A stretch of 37,858 bases of DNA from Candidatus Auribacterota bacterium. Lineage in GTDB: Bacteria; Auribacterota; UBA6266. The notes under the pieces are model-generated. The model ran no database searches, was not told the DNA's origin, and saw only the letters and a list, made by a program, of their open reading frames with translations. Below are positions 24,720-32,948 of this stretch, one piece after another. The stretch spans positions 1 to 37,858 of the forward strand of contig JAFGBE010000130.1 in NCBI GenBank assembly GCA_016933315.1, given 5' to 3'. The first letter of the stretch is position 1. The number at the start of each line of letters is the position of its first letter. Both the position numbers and the translations under genes were made by a program.

Positions 24720-26611
24720 TTTTTTTCTTCTATCCGGTAAACCTGGATTTTCTTATACAGGGTTGTGCGGTCTATACCGAGCATCTCAGAGGTTTTCTTC
24801 TTGTTCCAGCCGGTTAGTTCCAGCGTCCTTAGTATGTGTTTTTTCTCTATATCTTTGAGGGATAACATGGCGGAAGACGTGTCTATGGTTTTTGTCGCCG
24901 AACCCCGAAGTATTTCATATGGCAGGTCATTAGGCATTATAGGGTCGTTTTTCCCGAGGATCATTGTTTTTTCAATGACATTTTTGAGTTCCCTTACGTT
25001 ACCCGGCCACCTGTATGCCTGAAGCACATCCAGCGCTTCTTTTGATATCCCCTTTATTTTTCTCGGGCTGTTTTCCATGAATATTTTCATGAAATGCTTT
25101 ACAAGCGGGAGGATATCTTCCGCGCGGTCCCTCAGCGGCGGGATTTTAAAGTTAATTATGTTAAGCCTGTAATAAAGGTCCTGCCGGAAGGTCCCTTTTT
25201 TGGCTGCTTCCCCCAGGTCCTGGTTAGTGGAGGCTATAAGCCTGACCTCAACTTTTATGGGCTGATTTCCTCCTACATTGTAAAACTCCCCGTGTTCAAG
25301 GACCCTTAGCAGGTTTGCCTGCACGCCCGAGTCCAGCTCTCCTATTTCATCGAGCACTATAGTCCCGCCGTTGGCTTTTTCAAAAAGCCCTTTTTTGTTG
25401 TATGCGGCGCCTGTGAAAGCCCCTTTGACATGGCCGAAAAGCTCGCTTGCCGCCAGGTTTTTGGTAAATGTCGCGCAGTTGACTACGACAAAAGCGTTGT
25501 CTTTAAGTTTACTGTTGAAATGGATTGCTCTTGCAACCAGTTCTTTCCCCGTTCCGCTTTCTCCCTCTATCAGGACAGTTGAGTTCGTCGGCGCTACAAC
25601 GGCGATTTTGCTTAATAATTCCTGGATAGCCAAATCCTTGCCTATTATCTGGTGGGTGATGTTCAGCGCTGTTTCGAGCTCGTGTTTCTCTTCCTTTAGC
25701 TTTTCTTTTAATTCGATGTTTTTTAGCACGTTATCAATCTGGTGGACAATCGCGGACAGGAGATTAAGCGTCGAATCGTCATATTTTTCCCTGTCAGTCG
25801 ATTCCACATGTATGACCCCTATGCACGTTTTGTTCATTCTCAGGGGGGTAACCATGATGCTTCCGGAAAGCCCGGTTTTGGCCGATGTATCTTTCGGGGT
25901 CGCGAGCACGGCTACGTTTTCGTTCAACACTTTGTCGAACGTTGTCGCGGAGAATGAGGGAAGGCTTTCAGGCGAGTTCTCTCTTCTGAGCAGCGCGGCG
26001 ATCTTCAGGATTTCATCTCCTTCGGATTTAAGCATAATGGCGACACAATCGGCTTCGAAATGGGAAAGTATGTTGTGGCAAAGCTCATCGAAAAGTTCCT
26101 CCCTGTTAAGGATATCGGCGATGCGCGATGTCAGCTTGAAAAGAAAAGCGAGATTGCTTTTCATCTCTTTTATCGAGGTGACATCGTCTTTTTTTATAGT
26201 CTGTTCCAGGTAACTTGTGTCGCCTCCCGCGAGTATTGACATGATATCCGTTTCGACCTCATGCGTTGATGAGCCCGTTGTGTCGAGAAGCGTCTTGTTT
26301 CCGGCTTTCCTGTCTTCGGCGAGAGTCTCGGTAAATATGATTTCGGTGTTTCCGATGGTTATCTTATCTCCTGTTTTCAGGTAATGTTCGCTTGAGCGCT
26401 TGTCATTTACGAAAAGGCCGTAACTGCTTCCGACATCTTCGATGCGCCAGCGGTTTATTTCATAGCATAGCTTGGCGTGTTTTCTTGAAACGGATTTGTC
26501 GCTTAGATTCACGTGATTGGTTGTTCCGCGGCCTATCAGAATTTCAGGAGACGGCTTTATCTCTAGTATCTTTTCAGTGGGGAGTTCATAATTAATGATT
26601 AAAAAAGACAT
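24716..26611 (-). CDS. sigma54-dependent transcriptional activator with N-terminal FHA and GAF domains
   Basis: Start set at the ATG 26611 (AGGAG upstream). FHA: ILIGRGTTNHVNLSDKSVSRKHAKL...GLFVNDKR. Central GAF-like region. AAA+: GESGTGKELVARAIH, the sigma54-contact GAFTGA, and TIVLDEIGEL. Fis-type HTH NKKKTSEMLGIDRTTLYKKI. Its stop overlaps the kinase ATG (ATGA). Confidence 0.88.
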   Translation of the reverse strand: MSFLIINYELPTEKILEIKPSPEILIGRGTTNHVNLSDKSVSRKHAKLCYEINRWRIEDVGSSYGLFVNDKRSSEHYLKTGDKITIGNTEIIFTETLAEDRKAGNKTLLDTTGSSTHEVETDIMSILAGGDTSYLEQTIKKDDVTSIKEMKSNLAFLFKLTSRIADILNREELFDELCHNILSHFEADCVAIMLKSEGDEILKIAALLRRENSPESLPSFSATTFDKVLNENVAVLATPKDTSAKTGLSGSIMVTPLRMNKTCIGVIHVESTDREKYDDSTLNLLSAIVHQIDNVLKNIELKEKLKEEKHELETALNITHQIIGKDLAIQELLSKIAVVAPTNSTVLIEGESGTGKELVARAIHFNSKLKDNAFVVVNCATFTKNLAASELFGHVKGAFTGAAYNKKGLFEKANGGTIVLDEIGELDSGVQANLLRVLEHGEFYNVGGNQPIKVEVRLIASTNQDLGEAAKKGTFRQDLYYRLNIINFKIPPLRDRAEDILPLVKHFMKIFMENSPRKIKGISKEALDVLQAYRWPGNVRELKNVIEKTMILGKNDPIMPNDLPYEILRGSATKTIDTSSAMLSLKDIEKKHILRTLELTGWNKKKTSEMLGIDRTTLYKKIQVYRIEEKK

Positions 26612-26645
26612 TTTCCATTTCTCCTGTTGTCGGAATCCACATTCA

Positions 26646-26674
26646 AATATACGCTCAAATTGAAAAAGTGTCAA
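26646..26674 (-). promoter_or_regulatory. sigma70-type promoter of the activator-kinase operon
   Basis: The minus strand reads TTGACA-N17-TATATT, with the -10 ending about 35 nt upstream of the ATG at 26611. Confidence 0.6.
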
Positions 26675-26710
26675 GCTAATGTGTTGATATAATGGACACA
26701 ACAAGGTGGA

Positions 26711-29700
26711 TTACTGTTCATTTTGGTTGGAAAACACAGACTTGTCCTGTGTTGGAAATTGCAACTTATCTAGAAGGGCTTTTCTTTTTTTATTCAGTGT
26801 TTTCCTTGGGAAATGCGCCTTTGCGAAGATTTCCACATCGTTCTTTGCGAGGTATGCCCATGTTGTTGCCGCCAGGCACAGGGCATCTTCCCTTACGACA
26901 TCATCTATAACGTCGGGGCCTCTGGTATCTATGACGTTATTCTTGGGCCAGGAATAAGGAACGCCTCTTGCGCCGTTCGGGAATTCATAGGAAGTGTCAT
27001 AAATCGCCTTTATAAGTTCAATTGATTTCTCATAATCCCCGAGAAGTTTGTAACAGTAAGCCATCTGGCCTGTCCCTTCAAGCCATATGGCGTCGCCGAA
27101 ATCATCATCAAAAGCGTTGTTCGGGAGGTCCCAGTATTCGTAAGCGGAAATTCGTTTGTTTCCGTCCGTGACAGTTATTCTCATAATCCGTTCCGCTTCT
27201 TTCATCATCTCCCTCGCCAGGGGCTCGTTCCCTTCTTCTATGAAGTAAATAGCGGCCCAGGACGCTATGGTATCGAGCGCCTTGACAAAATCAAGCTGTC
27301 CCCTTATGAACATTTTCCCTCTTTGCCACGAATCGGGGGAACCCCATGTTTTCGCGTCGCAAAGCCAGGGTTTTTCGTAATAAAGATCGTCCGCCTCGCC
27401 GTCGCCGTTGTCATCCCTGCCGGTATCGCTGTATCCCGGCGGTAAGCGGATGCCGTAATCGGCGTCCCCCCAGACTGAATGCTCGAGAAAGTTTTTTACT
27501 CCCAGATGTTTCAAATCTTTCGATCTCCAGAGGTATGCCGAGAGGTTCCCTTCCGCCTTGTCGTCCTTGTAAGATTTTACATTCTCGAGGGCCGTGATCG
27601 AATACGGTTTGTGTACGGTATAATATGGCTCGAGGCCTGTTGTGAAAAACCAGGTAAGGGCATTCTCAAGTATCTGTGAATGGGCCTTCATATTGGGGAT
27701 ATAAGTCGATATATAAGGGCTGTATTTTATCCCGTTTACTTCCTGTTGTGTCATTACATTGTAAAAGAAATCGAATATATCTCCCCTGAAGTAAATGGAT
27801 TTGCCGTCATTGTTCTTCCCGTGCTTTTTAAAATACAGGAAATCCCCCACGGGTTCGTATTTATAGGTGAGATAATCCCAGTTCTCTATGCCGTCAAGGT
27901 CTGCGGAAGCCTGCATGAGCGATATTTTCCCGTCTTCGTTTGCCCCGTAAAGTATGGGGATAATAGTGTAATGGTTGGTTGATACGGGATTGCCCGAGTT
28001 GTTTGTCCTTTCTTCCTTGGCGCTGATGTTGGGGGTATGCCCCGAGTTTAATTCGCTTATGGGCCCCCTGACTTCTCCCGTTCCCTGGTCATGCAGGTAA
28101 TAAACGAGCCTGCTTCGTTTATAATCCGGCGATGACCAGACAAGTATGTTTTCATAAGGGGGCGCGGCTTCAAAAGCGAAGGTTAACCTCCCGTCCAGCT
28201 CTTCCCAGTTATCCTCTTCCTCGGGTTCCTTCTGTGTTTCGGAGAGGTCGGGCATATAGTTCTCATTGACATCCATCATTCTCGAAGGGTTGTCTGTCCC
28301 GTCTTTATAGATTTTTGTTATGACTACATTCCTTCCGAAATTCTGTATCGGGCCAACTTCCTGGACGCCGAGGAACTTGACTCCGAAAAGGGAATTGTAA
28401 AGCGCCGAACGGCATGTTCCGAATATACACCCGCCGTTGTCCATAAAATCCTGCAGTTTTGTTACGCATTTTAATTTCGATACGGGCGTATTAGGAAGGA
28501 TAAGGACTTTTGTCCCCAGTATGGGAGGATTTACGTCTTTGGACTGTATGTTTATTATCGAATACGGAATTCCCATGAATTGAAGCATCCAGCGGGCTCC
28601 CTTGACCGCCTTATCGTCGTCGGGCAGGTCCACGACATTCAGTATTTTGATGTCCGAGGGGTTAAGGTTCAGGTTCCCGTAAGTCACTTCTTTGTAGGCT
28701 TTGTAGTGTTCGTTGTCTATAAAGCCTTCGCCTTTGAGTTTTTCTATCCAGTGCCAGCAGAACATCCAGTCTAGCGAATGCTCGGTCGCTTCGGGCGTTG
28801 TTTCAAGCGGCCCGTAATAGCCGAAATGTATTCCGCCGTTGAAATCCTGGAGGTTGTCGGTTATCGTGTCAAGTATCTTATATACTGTGGGAAGATAGGT
28901 TGTATCTCCTGTTTTATAGGTGTAGAAGAGTATTGAGAGGCAGAGCCACAGGTTGTCTCCGGAATAGGAGCCCCATTCACGGTAAACATATTCGTAATGC
29001 ATGAGGTGTTTTGAATATCCTACCAGCTGGTCGGGCCACAGCCTCGTTGTGCTTTTGGGTATGTCGGCGCCCTCGTCTATTTCCTTGTCAATATCGTAAA
29101 CATTGCAAAACATCCCGTATGGCCAGAATGCCCCGTAAAAAAATCCTTCTTCCGGGTGGGGCAGTGTCGCCGGATCTATCCCCAGTTCCTTGAGGTGCTC
29201 TAAATCGTCCGAGTCCTGATAATCGTTAAATTCGGTTACCCTCGGGAAATCGGTTTTGTCGTCTATTGCGGCTATATTGCCGTAAACCGTGTACCCGAAT
29301 TCATAACCCGGCGAGAGCAGGGGATAACCCGGATACCTGGCATCATCTTTATCCAGTTCCTTAGGGGTTTGCCCGTTGTCCTGGAACTTGTCGAAACTCA
29401 GGGCTATCATATTATGGGCTACGGGAGCAAGCCATTCCCCCTGGTCCCGCGGATGGCTTTCCTCGTATTGGTAGCCGTCAAACATTATAAACACCTTGCC
29501 CGCGTAGGTATTGATTATCTTCCTGGCATCTTCCGTCATACCCGCGTCCACCAGGCAGAACACTGTCATAGCCTGGTCATACATAAATGCCGAGTTACCC
29601 AGGCCGTCTTCAAATCCGTCGGCGGGGCCGGATGGTTTGTTGTCTGAGTCCGATATCACGTAAACAATCTCTTCGCGGCCCGTGTTTACTCTTACGGCGT

Positions 29701-29971
29701 CTATGGCGAACTGTTCTCCCCCCTTTCGGATTTTTGTGTAAGGCACGGGAGGGTTACATAGAGGGTCATAAAAGCTTCTGCAGAGAGCGGCGTCCACAAA
29801 TCCGCCGCGGCCGTTTTTTAACTTATGTTCCGTGAAAATATACGGGGTTTCCCTGCTCGCGAGGTATTTGATGAACTGGTCGTCTTTTTTATCCGCGGCG
29901 TATGCGTTGATCCGGGCGGCGCAAATGACGGCCAACAACGAAAATATTATTTTTATCGAAACCTTATTCAT
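26711..29971 (-). CDS. large secreted protein, (alpha/alpha)6-barrel glycoside-hydrolase-like with inserted domains; function unknown
   Basis: About 1086 aa from the ATG at 29971. Signal peptide MNKVSIKIIFSLLAVICAARINAYA. Helical-hairpin-like segments (AFMYDQAMTVFCLVDAG, GDNLWLCLSILFYTYKTGD, WLEGTGQMAYCYKLLGDYEKS, ALCLAATTWAYLA) are separated by a central module with KVLILPNTP...FMDNGGCIFGTC. That module may be class-I-glutamine-amidotransferase/ThuA-like, which is tentative. Confidence 0.6.
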   Translation of the reverse strand: MNKVSIKIIFSLLAVICAARINAYAADKKDDQFIKYLASRETPYIFTEHKLKNGRGGFVDAALCRSFYDPLCNPPVPYTKIRKGGEQFAIDAVRVNTGREEIVYVISDSDNKPSGPADGFEDGLGNSAFMYDQAMTVFCLVDAGMTEDARKIINTYAGKVFIMFDGYQYEESHPRDQGEWLAPVAHNMIALSFDKFQDNGQTPKELDKDDARYPGYPLLSPGYEFGYTVYGNIAAIDDKTDFPRVTEFNDYQDSDDLEHLKELGIDPATLPHPEEGFFYGAFWPYGMFCNVYDIDKEIDEGADIPKSTTRLWPDQLVGYSKHLMHYEYVYREWGSYSGDNLWLCLSILFYTYKTGDTTYLPTVYKILDTITDNLQDFNGGIHFGYYGPLETTPEATEHSLDWMFCWHWIEKLKGEGFIDNEHYKAYKEVTYGNLNLNPSDIKILNVVDLPDDDKAVKGARWMLQFMGIPYSIINIQSKDVNPPILGTKVLILPNTPVSKLKCVTKLQDFMDNGGCIFGTCRSALYNSLFGVKFLGVQEVGPIQNFGRNVVITKIYKDGTDNPSRMMDVNENYMPDLSETQKEPEEEDNWEELDGRLTFAFEAAPPYENILVWSSPDYKRSRLVYYLHDQGTGEVRGPISELNSGHTPNISAKEERTNNSGNPVSTNHYTIIPILYGANEDGKISLMQASADLDGIENWDYLTYKYEPVGDFLYFKKHGKNNDGKSIYFRGDIFDFFYNVMTQQEVNGIKYSPYISTYIPNMKAHSQILENALTWFFTTGLEPYYTVHKPYSITALENVKSYKDDKAEGNLSAYLWRSKDLKHLGVKNFLEHSVWGDADYGIRLPPGYSDTGRDDNGDGEADDLYYEKPWLCDAKTWGSPDSWQRGKMFIRGQLDFVKALDTIASWAAIYFIEEGNEPLAREMMKEAERIMRITVTDGNKRISAYEYWDLPNNAFDDDFGDAIWLEGTGQMAYCYKLLGDYEKSIELIKAIYDTSYEFPNGARGVPYSWPKNNVIDTRGPDVIDDVVREDALCLAATTWAYLAKNDVEIFAKAHFPRKTLNKKRKALLDKLQFPTQDKSVFSNQNEQ

Positions 29972-30002
29972 GGCCTCACAATTTAAAAACAAAAACTTCT
30001 TA

Positions 30003-30074
30003 AACCACAGAACACACAGATAGAAAAAACAAAATAAAAAATTAAAATAGTTTTATCTGTGATTATCTGTAGTT
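30003..30074. repeat. Intergenic inverted-repeat element, family A, short copy
   Basis: Left arm AACCACAGAACACACAGATAG (30003-30023). A-rich 29-nt spacer. Right arm TTATCTGTGATTATCTGTAGTT (30053-30074). The core TTATCTGTGATTATCTG is identical to copy 1. Confidence 0.8.
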
Positions 30075-30141
30075 CCAAATTCTTTTTTTATTTTTTTCCT
30101 TATCCTAAACCTGAATCTCAGCCTTTCCTGCTCAACTATCC

Positions 30142-30447
30142 TCAGTCAAGGTCTATTTCTCTCAGTCCGGGCTTGATATCTTTTTCTTTCCGCGCTTTTT
30201 CCTTCTCTTCGTTGAAAAGCTTTTCCAGCCTGTCGGGTTTGCTTTTTTCGGCGTTTTTTCCTTTTGAAAAGGCATCCTCAAGTTTTGTTTCCCTGTCTTT
30301 CAGGTCTTTTAAGGCCGTTAAGAGGGAATCCTCGCTCTCTTTATGCTCTTTCGGCTTGAAGTGTCTTATTATGGAGCCGTTCTCTGTCTTGACTTCGAGC
30401 ATGGATCCGCATACAGGGCATTTTGCATATACCGATTTTTTCATCAA
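30142..30447 (-). CDS. small Lys/Glu-rich hypothetical protein with N-terminal CxxC knuckle
   Basis: 101 aa, MMKKSVYAKCPVCGSMLEV..., followed by a charged coiled-coil-like tail. I prefer it over the antisense S/F/L-rich ORF 30059-30496. Confidence 0.45.
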   Translation of the reverse strand: MMKKSVYAKCPVCGSMLEVKTENGSIIRHFKPKEHKESEDSLLTALKDLKDRETKLEDAFSKGKNAEKSKPDRLEKLFNEEKEKARKEKDIKPGLREIDLD

Positions 30448-30523
30448 TACACTCCCCGTTCAAGTATGCTATATTATTGCAAAAAACAGTCTTTAGTTGT
30501 ATTCTTTTGTTCAATTTTTGCTT

Positions 30524-31186
30524 ATGGACATTTCAAAACTTATAATTTGCGAAAAATCCGGTGTGCTGTTTCTGAACAAACCGGTGCCTGTGGTAGTTCA
30601 TCCCTGCTTCGGGGAGAATGAAAACACTCTTATACAGTTCATACGGGAATATCTTCCGGAAAATGTGCGGCCAAGGCTGTTAAACCGCCTTGACAGGTGG
30701 ACAAGCGGCTGCATTGCGGTTTCTCTGAATATTGAAAGCCACAGGGTTTTTGCCAGGCTTATTGAGACAAGAAAGGTGAAAAAAGTTTACCACGCTATCG
30801 TAAACGGCGTGTGTGATTTCGATACTATCGAGAAAAGGGCTCCGTTGAAGGAACATGCTTATTTTAAGGATAACGACAAAAAAGATGTCTTTAAAGATGC
30901 TCTGACTTATTTTGAGGTAATCAGGCGTTACAGGAATTTTTCTCTTATCCGCGCGGAGCCGGTGACAGGCAGGACGCATCAGATAAGGGTCCATTTGAGC
31001 CTTCTGGGTTATCCTGTTATGGGAGACTCGGTTTACGGGTGCGGAATAAAACAGTGGAAAGAAGGTTATTGCCTCCATGCGGTCGGGTTGTCTTTCCCGG
31101 AAAATTCGCTGACCGGGGCTTTTTCCGTCAGCGCCCCGTACGATTCAAGGTTTAAAAGAGCCCTGTATCTGGCTTCTTCAATCTGA
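30524..31186 (+). CDS. RluA-family pseudouridine synthase (no S4 domain)
   Basis: Catalytic motif NRLDRWTSGCIAV (Asp in the RLD context) and the conserved GRTHQIRVHL. Start set at the ATG 30524. The ORF-track TTG at 30497 is possible. Confidence 0.8.
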   Translation: MDISKLIICEKSGVLFLNKPVPVVVHPCFGENENTLIQFIREYLPENVRPRLLNRLDRWTSGCIAVSLNIESHRVFARLIETRKVKKVYHAIVNGVCDFDTIEKRAPLKEHAYFKDNDKKDVFKDALTYFEVIRRYRNFSLIRAEPVTGRTHQIRVHLSLLGYPVMGDSVYGCGIKQWKEGYCLHAVGLSFPENSLTGAFSVSAPYDSRFKRALYLASSI

Positions 31187-31307
31187 GGTGTCATGCCGGC
31201 GGATTATTTTTTAGTAAATATGGCTTTATTTTTTTCCCCGGATGTGTTATTAATTTTCTGAAATTCAATTTATTTATATTAGAAGAGATATAAAGGAAAT
31301 ATAAATA

Positions 31308-32249
31308 ATGAAAAATGTTATTGTCACCGGCGGAGCTGGTTTTGTCGGTTCAAACCTCGCCTTGTACCTTCAGGGGCATTTTCCCGATTCCCGCATAATC
31401 GTAGTCGATGATTTCAGGAAATCCAGTTTTAAAAACCTTGAAGGCTTTAAAGGCGATGTTATTGCCTCGAATGTTGCCGGCAGGGAATGGATTGAAGCCG
31501 TCAAATTAAAGAAGATAGACGCCATCTTCCATATCGCGTCCATAACCGATACCACGGTTATGGATGAGAGGAAGATGATGTATGATAATGTGGAAGGTTT
31601 CAGGAATATACTGGATCTCGCGGTTGGAAAATCGGCGCCGGTCGTTTATGCCTCGTCAGCGGCGGTCTACGGCAGCCAGAACAGAAGAATGGAAGAAAAT
31701 GACGGCGGCAGGCCAAATAACATATATGGATTTTCGAAGTGGGTTATGGAAAGCCTCGCCGCTGCATATTCTTCAAAGATTAAAGTCGTCGGCCTCCGGT
31801 ATTTCAATGTTTTCGGTCCGGGGGAATATCATAAGGGTCTTGCGGCAAGTATGATATACCAGCTTGCCGTTCAGATGATAGAGGGCAAAAGGCCCAGGAT
31901 ATTCAAATGGGGCGAACAAAGAAGGGATTTTGTATATGTGAAGGATGTTGTTGCCGCTACCGTGGGAGCTTTGGATGCAAAGGAGAACGCGGTCGTTAAT
32001 GTAGGCACGGGCAGCTCGACGTCTTTCAATGAAATAATAGAGATTCTGAACAAGGTCCTTAATTCAGCCAGAAAGCCCGTTTACTTTGATAATCCGTACG
32101 GGTTCTACCAGGACTTTACGGAAGCGGACCTCTCAAAGGCAAAAGCCGTAATCGGCTACGAACCCAAATATACCACAGCGCTTGCCATTGAGGAGTACGT
32201 AACAAAGCATCTGCTTTCGAAAGACGCTAAATTACAGGTTGTTGTATAA
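31308..32249 (+). CDS. hldD: ADP-L-glycero-D-manno-heptose 6-epimerase (SDR family)
   Basis: 313 aa. VIVTGGAGFVGSN, YASSAAVYG, YGFSKW, RYFNVFGPGEYHKGLAAS, RRDFVYVKDV and QDFTEADLSKA are colinear with E. coli HldD/RfaD as I recall it. Confidence 0.8.
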   Translation: MKNVIVTGGAGFVGSNLALYLQGHFPDSRIIVVDDFRKSSFKNLEGFKGDVIASNVAGREWIEAVKLKKIDAIFHIASITDTTVMDERKMMYDNVEGFRNILDLAVGKSAPVVYASSAAVYGSQNRRMEENDGGRPNNIYGFSKWVMESLAAAYSSKIKVVGLRYFNVFGPGEYHKGLAASMIYQLAVQMIEGKRPRIFKWGEQRRDFVYVKDVVAATVGALDAKENAVVNVGTGSSTSFNEIIEILNKVLNSARKPVYFDNPYGFYQDFTEADLSKAKAVIGYEPKYTTALAIEEYVTKHLLSKDAKLQVVV

Positions 32250-32405
32250 TAAATGTTCTTTTTTGAAAAAAATGCTTGCATAATTCTGCGAAATTCATAA
32301 ACTTATCTGGTTTATTTGCGGAATGCCGGGAAAACAGGGTGTTTCCCCGGCCGAGAAACTTAGGGGGTGGGATTTTTTAACAATATAGAGTAGAGGAAAA
32401 AAGGA

Positions 32406-32930
32406 ATGGAAGGTTCAGCCGAAGAACGAAAAAGTGTTTTTTGCATGGAAAGGGATGCTGCCTTAGCGGATAAGCGCTTTCTTATGGAGTTTTGGGATGC
32501 AAAAAACATTTATAACCTTCAAGTTGTTAAAAATCTATTGAAAGATGCGCTGGATAAGAGCGCAGGCGGCGGAAAAGTCCCGCTGCGTGTAACACTCCGC
32601 GACTTCAGGTGTTCCGGATGTATTTCCGGAACAGCCGTAACAAGCTGTTTTTGTCTTACCGTATATATCCGTCCCGACTTAAAGCACGCTGCAATTGGTA
32701 TTTTCCCGCGCGGAGATTTTTGCGTCAATAATCTGGCTGAAGCTTTAAAACAGACGTTTGGTTCCGGTAAAGCGGGTTTTTATATGTTGGAGGGAAGAGG
32801 ATTGAAGCGGAAAACTAACCTGAATAAGGTTTATATAGATAACAAGGCAGTACGGGAAATCAAATTTGGAGGCGGATTGTACCCGGATTTTGACGCCGGC
32901 CCTTCCGTCTTCCCAACAATGTCGATGTGA
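32406..32930 (+). CDS. degenerate AdoMetDC-fold (SpeH/PF02675-like) protein lacking the Glu-Ser self-processing site
   Basis: 174 aa. FRCSGCISGTAVTSCFCLTVYIRPDLKHAAIGIFPRGDF aligns by eye with SpeH [33 protein letters not shown]. Ser-Cys sits where Glu-Ser is expected and there is no HTWPE. The start is uncertain (M1, M14 or M27). Confidence 0.45.
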   Translation: MEGSAEERKSVFCMERDAALADKRFLMEFWDAKNIYNLQVVKNLLKDALDKSAGGGKVPLRVTLRDFRCSGCISGTAVTSCFCLTVYIRPDLKHAAIGIFPRGDFCVNNLAEALKQTFGSGKAGFYMLEGRGLKRKTNLNKVYIDNKAVREIKFGGGLYPDFDAGPSVFPTMSM

Positions 32931-32948
32931 TAAGGAGAAAAAAGAGAA

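Noticed and set aside
25371-26213. 280-aa plus-strand ORF inside the sigma54 activator gene
   Set aside because: It is entirely antisense to a gene with unmistakable AAA+/GAF motifs. The translation is Ser/Leu/Phe-rich with no motifs or RBS.
30059-30496. 145-aa plus-strand ORF
   Set aside because: It is a low-complexity Ser/Phe/Leu-rich translation (FSFSSLKSFSSLSGLLFSAFFPF). That is typical of the antisense frame of a Lys/Glu-rich gene, and the minus-strand ORF 30142-30447 looks protein-like.
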